From the NCBI RefSeq assembly GCF_002113885.1, contig NW_018404512.1, forward strand, positions 374,740 to 438,739: 64,000 bases of DNA, given 5' to 3'. Made by a program: the position numbers and the translations under genes. This stretch comes from Mizuhopecten yessoensis. Taxonomy: Eukaryota. Under the pieces are notes generated by a model, which was given only the letters and a program-made list of their open reading frames with translations, made no database searches and had not been told where the DNA came from. Positions 14,777 to 28,236 of this stretch are shown one piece after another. How positions within the stretch are numbered: the first letter of the stretch is position 1; each line of letters opens with the position of its first letter.

Positions 14777-15322
14777 ATGAATGAGCAAGTACTAGGACTT
14801 TTCCAGGCTGATCTGATTGTTCAGCATCATGCCTACATCCGTGCCCAGGCCGAGGTCCTGCAGGAAAGAAGGAGGCAAAGGGCCCGAAGAAGATATAGCA
14901 AGAAGCGGTTCTGGGTGAGGACCTGGTTAACAGAAGATGAGCGAGTCTCAGCTGGCCAGTACAACAACCTTATGGTCAAGCTCCGGAACGAGGATGTACA
15001 GTCGTTTACTAACTACCTGCGCATGCCTCCAGACATGTTCCAATTCCTGCTCAACCGGCTGACGCCTCGCCTCCAGAAGAAGGACACCAAGTTCAGACGA
15101 CCTCTGGAACCAGGGCTGAAGTTGGCTGTGGTACTCCGGCACCTGGCTACTGGGGACAACTACCCAAGTTTGCAGTACAGCTTCAGAGTGTCCAGACACA
15201 CCATCGCCAGCTTTCTGCCAGATGTCTGTCAGGCCATCATCGATGAATTTGCAGAAGAGGAGGTCCAGTGCCCCGTCACCCCCGATGAATGGAAAGAGGT
15301 GGCCCTGCAGTTCCAGAGGAGG
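14777..15322 (+). pseudogene. Harbinger (HARBI1/ALP1-like) transposase, N-terminal half only
   Basis: FWVRTWL..GQYNNLM..LR.ED..SFTNYLRM....F..LL..L.PRLQKKDTKFRRPLEPGLKLAVVLRHLATGD.Y.SLQYSFRVS..TI..PVTPDEWKEVA..F.RR. Similarity stops just before the expected WNFP..GAIDG catalytic block. Confidence 0.88.
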
Positions 15323-15880
15323 ACCAAACTTGGACCTAGTGCTCCTGTACCATTGTTTGAGATGGCTGCCCGTCAACCCCATCTTCTGGCCCTGCTCTTC
15401 CCACAAGAGGTCCTTCTCAGGTGTCTTCCTGTAGCTTTCATGGCGCGTGTTCCAGACTTGTGGGAACTCTCGGAGCCAGTCACAGACGGCTTGCTCTTGT
15501 TCGGGAGTGAGCACCACCTCTGCGGTCTTCTTTTTCTTCTGGGCTGGAACCTCCGTGTCATCTTCTGAAGAAGTTGCACCATTAAAATACTCGTCCTCCT
15601 TCTCAGCACCAACGTCTGCCTCCTCCATGGCCTCGGCTACAATATCTTTATTGCCACGTCCACGTCCACACCCTCTGCTCCCTCCAACACGACCACGACC
15701 TCTTGGATGCTTCCCTTGCCCAACGATGGTTATCACCTGGCCCACACTTTCAACAACTGGCTGGACCTCTACCTGGTGCTCGTCGTCTCCTGTTGGAGTG
15801 TCTCCGGGCTGCATCACGGCTTTGCCCTTCGTCTTCTTTATTGCCTGTCTTAACGTTTTTCTTGATTTCTTTGGTGGCAT
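15323..15880 (-). pseudogene. Harbinger ORF2 MADF/Myb-SANT DNA-binding protein, C-terminally truncated
   Basis: Starts MPPKKSRK, then an RG-rich and acidic linker, then the MADF signature EQEQAVCDWLREFPQVWNTRHESYRKTPEKDLLWEEQGQKMGLTGSHLKQWYRSTRSKFG. A TATAAATA box lies about 50 bp upstream (15932-15939, minus strand). Confidence 0.85.
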
Positions 15881-18800
15881 GATGCTTTGGAAAACAAATG
15901 TATCACTAGCCAATCGTATGTGGCGCACCCGTATTTATAGCAACCGACATTGACCAAACTACAACCCAAGCTGACCGAATATTGACGTAACACTGGCGCA
16001 GGCTGACGCAGCATGACCGAATGGCGACCCATGTCTAACCCCGCCAGGCAGTGCATGACGGTCCCTGACATTGTTTGCTGACTGAATGTGACCGAATGTC
16101 GACTCAGAGCAACCGACTGTGACGTAACACCAACGCAGAGAAACGCACTGTTGACCGAGTCTGATAAAACACTCGGACAGGCAGGGTTTCTCAGGGTTTG
16201 TGTTAGGTCGATGGGGGTTGCTATTCGGTTAGACTTACGTCACCTTGCGGTGAAGTTCGGTTGATGAGGGTTAGTACTCGGTCAAAATGCTATCTTGGCC
16301 TGTCGCAGCCGATTTTTATGCATGCTCAAAATTTGCCGGGGTCAGAAAATGTTCTCTCGGTCACTCTGCGTCAGTTGGGGTTTCTCGACGTCACCCTTCG
16401 GCCAGTGCTTGGTTGATATTCGGTCAATCTACGTTCCTGTCGGATGCTGTCGGATGGTGGCTAACCGACACCGACGCCGCCTGTCGTAGCCTAGTGAAAT
16501 GGGGGCATAAGTAAATAACGTAACCGATGAGTCATAGAGGACACGAAACAGCAGTATGATGCAGCGTCATTCATTCCTGGCATACTGTATCAATTATAAA
16601 TGTTTACAGTGCTGACACGTGTGTGTCTTGCGTTCATCCTTACACACTGAGTGTCTTCTTCCTTGTATTTGCATTTGCCTCCTTCAACTGGTTGAAGATA
16701 CTGCAAGTTTAGTAACCTTTTAGTAACCTTCTATCCACTAGGCCTCGTTCTGCCCACTTCAGTACCATTAGTCCCCGTTAGAATTCTAAGACAGGTAAAG
16801 GACGTAATTGTTGACTTTATAGTGCTTTCTTATTAAAAAGTAAGGCACAAAGTCATACAGTGCTCACTATGGCATGACAAACGATGCATATGGTAATTTT
16901 GTATGTATTAATATCTTTGGATCTTATTAAGATCTATTTAATTTACAAAATACTTTTGAAATAAGCAAAAATACTTTGAAATTCTAAAACATGTATTTGA
17001 TTTTACAAATAACATTTGAATTCAAAGACTGACAATTTTATTTTAAATAACCCCATTCATTTGAGTTCACAAACTTTAGTTGTTTGGATTCATTCATTAA
17101 CGCATGGGTATTTCTTTTTCATGATCGGTTCTGATTTGTTGCTGAACATGATTTTAGAAGAGATTACATGTATATTTTGAATTAAATTTGATTAAAATAA
17201 AATTTTAATTCGTGTTTTTTTTTTACTCAAAACTAATTTTGCAATATTTGACAGTCCATGCCTCACTAACTCCCACAAATGATACCACTTGACTAAGGCA
17301 TTCGACTTATTAATTGTGCGTTATGTGCTAATCGCTGGTATGAATGTTAGAAAAATGACGGACGGACGGACGCCCGTCCGGACGAGAAGATGACCTATTG
17401 TATTCTCACGCCCGTCACCCCGTCCTGCTTGTCTGTTCACGTTAGTGACCCCCTCGGACCCATAAATTGTTTCACGGGTATCATACTAACCTGGGGATTA
17501 AACCGGGCGGAGGTCTCCCACTCTAGGCCATTCACACTACCACATGGGGGAATAACACATTTATGTCTCTTTTTAGAGCGCTCTTTTTACGACGGGTAAA
17601 TGTAGATCGGACATGCGCAGTAGATTTTTACAGGTGTAATTGAATTTAGTTGCGTCAAGTCGGTGCGTGTTTTTTATACTTCGGCCGTATACGTGATTCA
17701 TAAAACATAAAATGACCATTTCATTCAAATAAACATAACTTTTCCATTATATTTAAAACCATCTATACACAACACCCGCCACTTACCGTCTACTGGTGCG
17801 CGGCTACCTGTTATGGTCGGCGCGGGATTAAATCGTATTTAACGTAAGATTATTGAAGAGTGTGGGAAGTTCGGGCTACATCATTTGATACAAAATTGTA
17901 TAAACGGCCATTTTACTCGGTGTTTAAATTTTTAAGCAGTGATTCAGGATACTTAAAGTTGGTTTTATCGACCTGTAGGTAAAAATAGACAATGGTACCG
18001 AGGCGTCGGGAACTAAACATGTTAATACGTTCAATGGAGAAAGACAGAACCCTATACGAGGTTAAACGGAGAAAGAAGGGTCAGTGCCACCGACATATTA
18101 ACAGTACCAGAGGACGGACAACATGATAGGCGATCCGTCAGTCGAAAATTAATGCTTGAATAGACAAAGATTAATATAAGAGAACAGACAGCCGTTCTAT
18201 AAAGAATCTAAGAGTTCCCGAAATTAGAGCCCTGATTGTCATACATAAGGACCTTGTTTCTCACTCAGCTGTTAAACTATTTTTGGACTTCATACTTATC
18301 AAACGGTTTCAATTTCTCCCTACATTAGGACAACGTTTTCACCAAATAAATTCAGCCTCTCCATGCGTTAGAATTTTGCTTCTTTCCTATCATTTTAAAA
18401 GTCGCACTAAATATCAATTAAAGATGTCTTGTGTCTCAATCAGGACGCTGTTTCTCTCTGAACAGTGTCAAGGTCTTTCTTCATCAAGACTTCAGTTTTT
18501 CCACTAAACGAGTCCATTGTCTCCTCCTCTGTACGTTGTTTCTCACTAAGCACTTCCGATGTTTCTTACACACCAAGACCTTTTTTCTGTAAATTATCTT
18601 CATAAACAAAATCTTTGGTTTTTCACTGGTTCCAATGTCGCTAGACATGAGGACTTACTTTATTAACTAGTTCAATGCACAAAATAATGTCTCTGTTTCT
18701 GACTTCACATTTTCATATCTCTGTTTATAAATACTTTGTTTCCTTATAAAACTATCTCGCTCTCTCAATACATCTGAGTTTTTCCCCCTTAATAACTTCA

Positions 18801-19219
18801 ATGTCCCAGTACATCAGGAATTTGTTTTCAAAAAACTATCTCAATGTCATTATCTACATCCTGACTCTTGCAGCTTTATTCTGATAGGATTTACGTTTAA
18901 TACTAGTCCAATGTTTACAACTCATCATAAATTATATCTTGTTGTCAAAAGTGTAAATTTGTAACGTTATAAGGGGTTTTATGGGTACCCTTATATTTTC
19001 GCTGTTTTCTACATATGTTTAAGATCAGGTAAGACAACTTAGACCTTTAGTAACACAGATGGGTTATGAATGGGTAAATTGGTGCAATAAAAAAGGGCCT
19101 TGTTTGTTTTTCTGCATCTACAATTGTTTTTCATAGTTGTGCTTAATTTCTTCGTATTTTCTAGTTATAATTTTCACGAGGACTTCGTTTTTCTGTCAAC
19201 CATTAACATGATTCTCTGA

Positions 19220-19286
19220 CCAGGGCTTGGTTTCTTTCTCTGCACCAGGGCTTGGTTTCTTTCTCTGCACCAGTGCTTGGTTTCTC
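19220..19286. repeat. 25-bp tandem repeat, about 2.6 copies
   Basis: ccagggcttggtttctttctctgca repeated. Confidence 0.75.
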
Positions 19287-21356
19287 AGTTTAACATATCT
19301 GTGTCACTCTACATCAGGAACCTGTTACCATAAAAACAATTCAATTTTTTTCACTTGACCATTAACAATGCTATTTACATCAAGATTTTGTTTATCCCTT
19401 TGCATCACGACTTTGTTTCTATCACTTACTGATTTCAATGCCTCTCGATATCAGTACCCTGTTCCTCTGTAAGCAAGCTTATTTCACCCTTAATCAGGAC
19501 CTCTCAATAAAGAATTTCAATGCCTCCAAATTATAGAGTTTTGCCTTTCGCTTAATCATCATATTGTTTCGCTTTATCAAGACGTTGGTATCGTTAACCA
19601 CTTAAATCTCATTTCATATTTCAATTGTCTCTCTACATGCGATTTTTGTTCTTCACAAACGATGTCAATGTCTCGTTAAATCAGGACTTTGTTAACATTA
19701 AATCATTTAAATGACTATTGTATTCCTATACCAGGACCACAAATCTTTGGCAATGTGTCTATCGTCTAAGATATAGTTCTCAATAAAATGAAATGTCCTT
19801 TTTGGGTAAAATATTTATAATAGTTTTATACCCTTACATTAGTTTTCTGCTTAGTTCCAGGTGTTGCTTGTTCACTCATGATACCGGCAGGATACAGACG
19901 AGAAAATGCTGGATAAACAGAACATAATAAAACAGGTGAAAGTAACACGGGATTTGTCATTCTCTTTTTACAAATATTCATGGAGAGACGCTCCTAAAAC
20001 AACCAAATGATGCGTTTATTCCAGAAATAGTCTAAGCTGCCTTACCGCTGTCCTTTGTATATCTATAGTGAACACTTCCTCGACGTTGACTGTAAACTGA
20101 CGATCGAGTCAATGACGAGTGTTTAATTCAAAGGGAAGGCTGAAAAATATAACTGAATTAATTATCCTATTCTAAAAGTTTTCCCAAAGACCAACAAATA
20201 GACATATTGACTGAGCCTGTGAATACAGCAGGAGACACTATAAGACACGAAGGTTTAAACGATTTTTAAGCCTGATAAATTGGAGAGTTTTATGAGGTGA
20301 ACATCTCGCAAGGTAAAGACGCACCTGTACGGGAGAACAACGAGTCAACACTTTATATGAGTTTTGTCCTAGTGCTAGCTCTAGCCATTCAGGTACTGCC
20401 ATGGACCGTAAAACCTGAAAGGTAAGGACGGGGAGGGTCGCTTGCGATACGCTCATCATCATACGGGGCCTCACAAGGGGAACGACTGGAATTGTATACA
20501 ATGGTATCATTTATTCTTGAATAAACCAGTGCGAGAAAAAAGTTATAAGTATTCTCAATAGTTATGCTAAAACATATCTATAATGTTTGGACAATCGAAT
20601 GTGTATCTCACTTTACTTCGACCTTCTACCAAAGAACCTCTTTTTAGAAAAATTGTATGTCTATATTGAAGCAATTCTTTGTTCATCTAATATGGTATTT
20701 TGTTTATTGATATTGGTATTGTTCTAGATCGGACTTGATGTACCCCTAGAGGCCCCTCCCTGACGGAGGAGCTGGGGATGTGGCGGTCGTTAATGAAGAG
20801 CGCGTCAGAGCAGTGACAGGGATTAAGTCGCGGTACACCAAATGAACACCTCAGTCGACAAACGTGTGCTCATGAATGCAGCACTAAACACCGCCTAAAC
20901 CCAGGTAAATATCCACATTGATTCGTGTTCCCATCGAAATTCTTTAACGGATATACAGCAACATGGCGGCGTATTGTGTACCTCACAGCAGCACATTGAA
21001 TTGACGGGTAGTTAAACCTTACCGCTACCGTGCATGGATATGAGATTTGTATTTGACAATTTGGTTGACATTGTTTTACTTGTAAACTGGTGAGACAATG
21101 ATGTGATGTGTGAACATCCAGGACGATTGGACGTGGTCGTGCCTCGTTATGCTTCGAAGGACTTGAGTCTCTCCAGCAGTCAGAAGCCCAGGCAATGTGT
21201 TTGAGACACAATTCATCTTAAATTTATATTGAAGTTCGATGACGTTTGATATCAACGAAACTTACTGTTTGGTACAAGTGTGTGTTGTAGTATGGAATTT
21301 GGACACGCTCATATGATATAGTATTTTAAACCTGTGAGCTTCAGTGTAAACTCAAA

Positions 21357-22463
21357 ATGACTAGCGTAATGTCTCTGCCTTTCTTACCGGAAGTGGGGGA
21401 GCCAAGGAATGCAGTTAGCTCACGACCTCACGATTCCGAAACTTCGAACTTACTCAGTTTTGTGGACATGGCGTCTAGCAACATCAAACTTGCTTTGGAC
21501 AAACCTTCCCGGTCAAAAAGAAAAGTGAACCACAGAAAATATTTACAAAAGCAGCTAAAGCGGTGCGGAAACTCATCTACTTCTCACTCAGAGGGCAGGC
21601 AAGTCGACATACAGGGCGCATTGTGTAATGGAGGCCAAACGAAATGCTCGCGAAAGGAAACAACGCAAATAGGACTACAGATCAAGTCCCTCCAGGCATT
21701 GTTTGACCCTAAAACATTACACGAAAAGTGTTGTACCGACCAAACGACAAAACCTACTTCAACTACTAAAGTTCCGCTACGAAAACGCAACTTGCCTCCA
21801 TCATTTTTTATTGAACCCGCGTCTAGTTTAGAGGGAATAGATCCTGACCAAGTCTTACAGGCCACAGAGAACACACATACAGACTTACAGTTATGCTCAG
21901 ACGTGACAAATCATGAATTTCCGGCTGACACGCTGGATTCAATACTCGGACAAACCGAGCTACAGGAACTCCTCGCCGGACCATGGACTGACTCCATTCG
22001 GGACAATTTCTCCATGCCTCGTTGTGACCACAGCCTCGATAACTGTAGTCCTCGTTCATTCTCTGACAGCTCCGACGGTATGTCCAGTAGTGCGTCAGTG
22101 TCACCGGGAATTCCCGGCCAGAGTTCAGATTGGATCGCAAACTTTCTTTCACAACAAACTGGAAACTTTCAAAACTCATCAATGTTTGCAGACGGATATA
22201 CATCCGCTCAAAATCCGTTAATTCCTATTGGTGATAGCAGAATAGGGGATGTAACGGACAGCCAGTCCCTTGAGGACAGACTCTTTATCGAACAGACATT
22301 CCCAGGACAGACATTTTCTGGTAGCAACGGGACTCCATGTGACACGACTCCTTTACCAACATTTCCTCAGGCGTTTTGTAGTAGTGCTTCACTTCAGGAA
22401 AACTTCCAGAACGTCTACCCATGGTCAGATGCACAGATCCAACCATGTTACACATACTTATGA
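21357..22463 (+). CDS. FAM181: FAM181 family protein (TEAD-binding), intronless, 368 aa
   Basis: Diagnostic [39 protein letters not shown], plus SLQALF and [16 protein letters not shown] motifs. Confidence 0.93.
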   Translation: MTSVMSLPFLPEVGEPRNAVSSRPHDSETSNLLSFVDMASSNIKLALDKPSRSKRKVNHRKYLQKQLKRCGNSSTSHSEGRQVDIQGALCNGGQTKCSRKETTQIGLQIKSLQALFDPKTLHEKCCTDQTTKPTSTTKVPLRKRNLPPSFFIEPASSLEGIDPDQVLQATENTHTDLQLCSDVTNHEFPADTLDSILGQTELQELLAGPWTDSIRDNFSMPRCDHSLDNCSPRSFSDSSDGMSSSASVSPGIPGQSSDWIANFLSQQTGNFQNSSMFADGYTSAQNPLIPIGDSRIGDVTDSQSLEDRLFIEQTFPGQTFSGSNGTPCDTTPLPTFPQAFCSSASLQENFQNVYPWSDAQIQPCYTYL

Positions 22464-22611
22464 CCAGATACGACCTTCTATTTATAGTGTAATATCTTTT
22501 ACGATCCTTGGTTATTGTGACAAAGACTATGTTGAACTGTATCATACAGATTATATTTTGAGCACATTGACTAATTGCAGCCGTATAATTGTTGAACCCT
22601 GTTGGTAGTTA

Positions 22612-23945
22612 GTTGTCACTGATGCAGGCAGGGGAACTGTGATAAACCAGTAACATGTATAATGACGAAGGTCTTGTGATATATCAGCTATAATAACTGT
22701 GGGCTGTTGTCACTGATGTAGGTATTGGCCCTGTGATACACCAGCTATAATAACTATGGTCTGTTGTCACTGATGTAGGAATTGGCACTGTGATACACCA
22801 GCTATAGTAACTGTGGGCTGTTGTCACTGATGTTGGTATTGGCACTGTGATACACAAGCTATAATACCTGTGGGCTGTTGTCACTGCTGTAGGTATTGGC
22901 ACTGTGATAGACCAGATATAATAACTGTGGTCTGTTGTCACTGATGTAGGTATAGGCACCGTGATACACCAGCTATAATAACTATGGTCTGTTGTCACTG
23001 ATGTAGGTATTGGTACTGTGATAGACCAGATATAATAACTGTGGGCTGTTGTCACTGCTGTAGGTATTGGGACTGTGATACACAAGCTATAATAACTCTG
23101 GGCTGTTGTCACTGATGTAGGTAATGGCACTGTGATATACCAGCTATAATAACTGTGGGCTGTTGTAACTGATGTAGGTATTGGCACTGTGATAGACCAG
23201 ATATAATAACTGGGGGCTGTTGTCACTGATGTAGGTATAGGTACTGTGATACACCAGCTATAATAACTGTGGGCTGTTGTAACTGATGTAGGTATTGGCA
23301 CTGTGATACCCAAGCTATAATAACTGTGGGCTGTTGTAACTGATGTAGGTATTGGCACTGTGATCCACAAGCTATAATAACTGTGGGCTGTTGTCAGTGA
23401 TGTAGGTATTGGCACTGTGATACAACAGCTATAATAACTGTGGTCTGTTGTCACTGATGTAGATATTGGCACTGTGATACAACAGATATAATAACTGTGG
23501 TCTGTTGTCACTGATGTAGGTATAGGCACTGTGATACACCAGCTATAATAACTGTGGTCTGTTGTCACTGCTGTAGGTATTGGCACTGTGATATACCAGA
23601 TATAATAACTGTGGTCTGTTGTCACTGATGTAGGTATTGGCACTGTAATACACCAGATATAATAACTGTGGTCTGTTGTCACTGCTGTAGGTATTGGCAC
23701 TGTGATACACCAGATATAATAACTATGGTCTGTTGTCACTGATGTAGGTATTGGCACTGTGATACACCAGATATAATAACTGTGGTATGTTGTCACTGAT
23801 GTAGGTATAGGCACTGTGATACACCAGATATAATAACTGTGGTCTATTGTTACTGCTGTAGGTATTGGCACTGTGATACACCAGATATAATAACTGAGGT
23901 CTGTTGTCACTGATGTAGGTATTGGCACTGTGATAAACAGTTATA
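22612..23945. repeat. 57-bp minisatellite, about 22 copies
   Basis: Unit gttgtcactgatgtaggtattggcactgtgatacaccagctataataactgtgggct, starting about 150 bp after the FAM181 stop codon. Confidence 0.93.
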
Positions 23946-24427
23946 ATAACTATAGTCTGGGCGTTATTGAAATAAACCCCGAGATGTACATGTTGTTATG
24001 TCTGAGGTCATGTTGTCATTGATGTAGACACTACTATAACAACTGTAATGGTGAATGTCTTGTTGTCATTGATAAAGGCACTACTATAACAACTGTAATG
24101 GTGAATGTCCTGTTGTCATTGATGTAGACATTACAATGTGCCAGCTGTAACGTCGTACGTTATTTTGTCATAAACTATACCTTGTAATGTCCAATCATTA
24201 CGTATAGCTTGTGATGACATAACTGTAACGACGATTGAATATATGAGGTCTTGTTGACATTGATGTAAACATTGTGTTGTAACAGCTGGTATAATGAAGG
24301 TTTTGTTATCCCATTCATGCAGAAACTTGAGTTCTTGTTGTCATAGATGACGATATCGTCTTGTACCATCTGCTACGACAGAGGTCTTTTTGAACTTGTC
24401 GTTGACATGAAATACTTTGGATTTGGT

Positions 24428-25518
24428 GACATTGATGTAGACACTGATATACCAGCTGTTATGTATGATGTAGACACTGATATACTAGCTATTATGTCCG
24501 ATGTAGACACTGATATACCAGCTGTTATGTCTGATGTAGACACTGATATACCAGCTATTATGTCTGATGTAGACACTGATATACCAGCTGTGATGGCTGA
24601 TGTAGACACTGATATACCAGCTGTGATGTCTGATGTAGACACTGATATAACAGCTGTGATGTCTGATGTAGACATTGATATACCTGCTGTGATGGCTGAA
24701 ATAAACACCGATATACCAGCTGTGATTGCTGAAATAAGCACTGATATACCAGCTGTGATGGATGATGTAGACACTGATATACCAGCTATTATGTCTGATG
24801 TAGACACTGATATAACAGCTGTGATGTCTGATGTAGACATTGATATCCCAGCTGTTATGTCTGATGTAGACACTGATATACCAGCTGTGATGTCTGAAAT
24901 AAACACTGATATACCATCTGTGATGGCTGAAATAAACACTGATATACCAGTTATGTCTGATGTAAACACTGATATACCAGCTTTTGTGTCTGATGTATAC
25001 AATGATATACCAGCTGTGATGGCTGAAATAAACACTGATATACCAGCTGTTATGTCTGATGTAGACACTTATATACCAGCTGTTATGTCTGATGTAGACA
25101 TTGATATACCAGCCGCGATGGATGATGTAGAAACTGATATACCAGCTTTTGTGTCTGATGTATACATTGATATACCAGTTGTTATGTCTGATGCAAACAC
25201 TGATATACCATCTGTGATGGCTGAAATAAACCCTGATATACCAGCTGTTCTGTCTGATGTAGACACCGATATACCAGCTGTGACGGCTGAAATAAACACT
25301 GATATCCCAGCTGTTGTGTCTGATGTATACATTGATATACCAGCCGGGATGGATGATGTAGAAACTGATATACCAGCTGTGATTGCTGAAATAAACACTG
25401 ATATTCCAGCTGTGATGGCTGAAATAAACCCTGATATACCAGCTGTTATGGCTGAGGTAGACATTGATAGACCAGCCGTGATGGATGATGTAGACACTGA
25501 TATACCAGCTGTAATGAC
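24428..25518. repeat. 33-bp minisatellite, about 33 copies
   Basis: Unit tctgatgtagacactgatataccagctgtgatg with a recurring variant gctgaaataaacact. Confidence 0.92.
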
Positions 25519-26771
25519 ATAGGTAATTTTCTCGTTTACTTGTATGTAGATTCCGTGAAGTACCAGCAGTATTGTCGGTATTCTGATATATAAGAAGTAT
25601 AACAACATATTTTGTTGTCGGGCGTCACTGTGTAACTGTTATGACTATTAAATCAAAACGGATCCGTTTCATAGCATAATGTTTTATTTTCATCGATATT
25701 AAATTTCAACTTCTGTCATTGGTCACTTTGAAATTTTAAATGTTTTCATCAAGCACTTATACCCATTATTTCTAAATGTTTAATAACGAATCGACGAAAT
25801 CTCTCCATATTATATACTGTATATATTGTCCAACCTTATTCAAGCATGTTTATATTGTTATCACATATTACACTTATTTTATAATGTATATACATTGTAT
25901 TGTTTTAAAATGTACTTATTTTATAATGAATATATTGTTCTAATATATTGACGTAATGCATTTTATAATCATATTCACCTAATGGTACGTTACGTTTACA
26001 AATTGTGAAATTTTATTACCAAAATATGCTAATATCAACTACAATGAACAACGGAAAAAAAATAATAAAGCTATTGAATGTCATCGGATCTCGCTTCTTG
26101 TCTTTCAACGATTTCAAATGAGTTTCAATCAGGTGTTTGTGTGGACACGTGCTATGCAGGTAGAAGAGGAAGTAATACTATTGGTAATTGCATAGTGCCT
26201 AGGCCGAGTGTTTCAGCGTACAAACTTAACGAAGACTTTCAGCTGATAAAAAGATGACGGAAGGTATATCATGTTTTTGTAAAGTGAAGAACCGCAAAAT
26301 ATTGATTGACAAATTTGTTTTACAAATGATATCTATGAAACGATATCATATTATTTTACTTAATTATTTTATTTCATATATGACATATCAATAGTTTTAA
26401 TAACGAGTTTCATAAATATTCTCCCACATGAAGAAACGTTTCTTTTTCTTTCATGAATAATTGATTAAATAATAAATCCAGTTATTTACCTGAAAATATG
26501 GCCTATCAAAACATAAAACTAATTTTCAAAATAATGTATTTGATGTTTGTTCACAGCGATGAATAATAAACTCAAAAGAAACAACCTTGGGGGGAATATT
26601 GTTCTCCTTCATTGTGGTTAAGAAATCACTTGTTTTATCAACTTTGAAGGGTAGTTATCACTTAAATGTAACATTTGAGAATAGGAAATTAAAAGCGTAA
26701 TAAGTGCCAAAATATCGTGCATCGTGCACAAGAATCACTGTTTTGCAAAGGAATTGAACTATCAACAGTCC

Positions 26772-26772
<1 letters not shown>

Positions 26773-26801
<29 letters not shown>
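26773..26801. repeat. Poly(C) tract, 29 nt
   Basis: Homopolymer visible in the sequence. Confidence 0.9.
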
Positions 26802-26803
<2 letters not shown>

Positions 26804-28236
26804 ATACATCGATTATGGTGCATCTTTTTTGACAAATATTTGTTTTACTGCAGTTGTTCTTGCGAAACTTTTTAATTTTCTAATATTCAGTATTACACAA
26901 TATGTAGATATTACACCTCACAGTTGGTCAAATAAGGGATTTTGATAATTTCCTAGATACAAAAGAGGTTTTACCAAAGTTTGATTCGATATTCATCAAT
27001 GTGAAAAGAAAAATCTGTTAATATAAGTTGAATGTTTTCAACCGTAATTTGATTGGATAGTCTGTTCAAGGTTATCTGAATATAGACATGACAATATGAC
27101 AAATAAACTACGTTGGCTTTGATTTCTACCTATGCGGTCTCGGTCTGTGCCGCAGAAATGTTATGGTCATCAGTTCTGTAACCATGTGCGAGATAAAACA
27201 AGGTCTAGGGTTATGGCAGAATCTGGTACCAAGTGTCTATCAAAAGTTCTAGAGATGAGTTCATGTCTTGTTCATGCGTGTCTGTCAAATGCTCTAGAAG
27301 TGAGTTAATATGCTACCAAGTATGTGTAAGGGTGATATAGTATCTGCTGTCAGATTTATCCATCTGATATTGCAGGAGTAAGTTAATGTCCGTTTCTAAA
27401 CGAGTCTTCCAGACTTTCTAGTGGTGATTAGGTAAAACAGAAAACAGCTTTCCACTGAGCTAATACTACAAAACCAAACAGTATTTCATAGCTGAAATGA
27501 AAACACAAAAACCTGGGAGACATCCTAGTTATTGGTGTACGTTAAGGTCTGTATCAGAACATGTAACGATGAAATAAATAAATTATGTTTATCTACAGAG
27601 AAAAATGACGGACGACGAATACAGCACAATGATATTTACCTACATGTTATGTTTGTATCAACATTTTTCAAATTTGTTGGCGTACCCGACTGGTCTCATA
27701 TAAAATAAACAAAAATTCAGTCAAATTGATGAAAAATATTTATTAATGAGAATTGGAAGCTTTAGCAATGCTCACTGTGGTCAATAAATACAACCAATCA
27801 TTCTGGTCAATTCCAAAATAAACATCTATCATACAAGACTTTCCCAGTATACGCGAACAACCTATCATACCGGTAATATCTAAATGTACAACCTGCCACA
27901 CTAGTGATGTTCAGTAAGCATGTAGAACCTATTATTATACAGTCACATAAATTGTACAGCCTCCGACATAATGTCATGTCCAATATGCAAGTAAGCCCGT
28001 AATTCCAGCCATATTCAGTAAGCATTTCCAACGTGTCATACCCGCCATGTCCATTCTAAATGTACGACCCAATGTTAATTAACATTTAAACCCTTATACA
28101 GTAATAACAATTTTACATGTACAACCTTCAACATATTTTACATTTTCAATATGCATGTCAAACTTGTCAATACATCCTTTTATACCAGCCATACCCAGTG
28201 TTACACTTCCATAAGTATAAGTATATAATGCCTATG

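Larger units (their letters stand above)
14365..16509 (+). mobile_element. PIF/Harbinger-superfamily DNA transposon, internally deleted
   Basis: Perfect 17-bp inverted ends, tatgcccccatttcact (14365-14381) and agtgaaatgggggcata (16493-16509). GC-rich relative to the flanks, with convergent transposase and MADF/Myb-SANT ORFs. Confidence 0.9.

Noticed and set aside
14729-15568. Intact domesticated HARBI1 gene
   Set aside because: The catalytic DDE region is deleted and the ORF sits between TIRs.
18200-19800. Ghost periodicity (tcaatgtctc...atcaggac); similar decayed tracts at 8400-9150 and 27000-28200
   Set aside because: Probably ancient decayed minisatellites, but I could not define a unit or boundaries by eye.
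22684-23928. 414-aa minus-strand repeat ORF
   Set aside because: Coextensive with the 57-bp array, non-ATG start, antisense to FAM181 downstream sequence.
26724-26945. Poly-proline ORF
   Set aside because: Arises from the poly(C) homopolymer.
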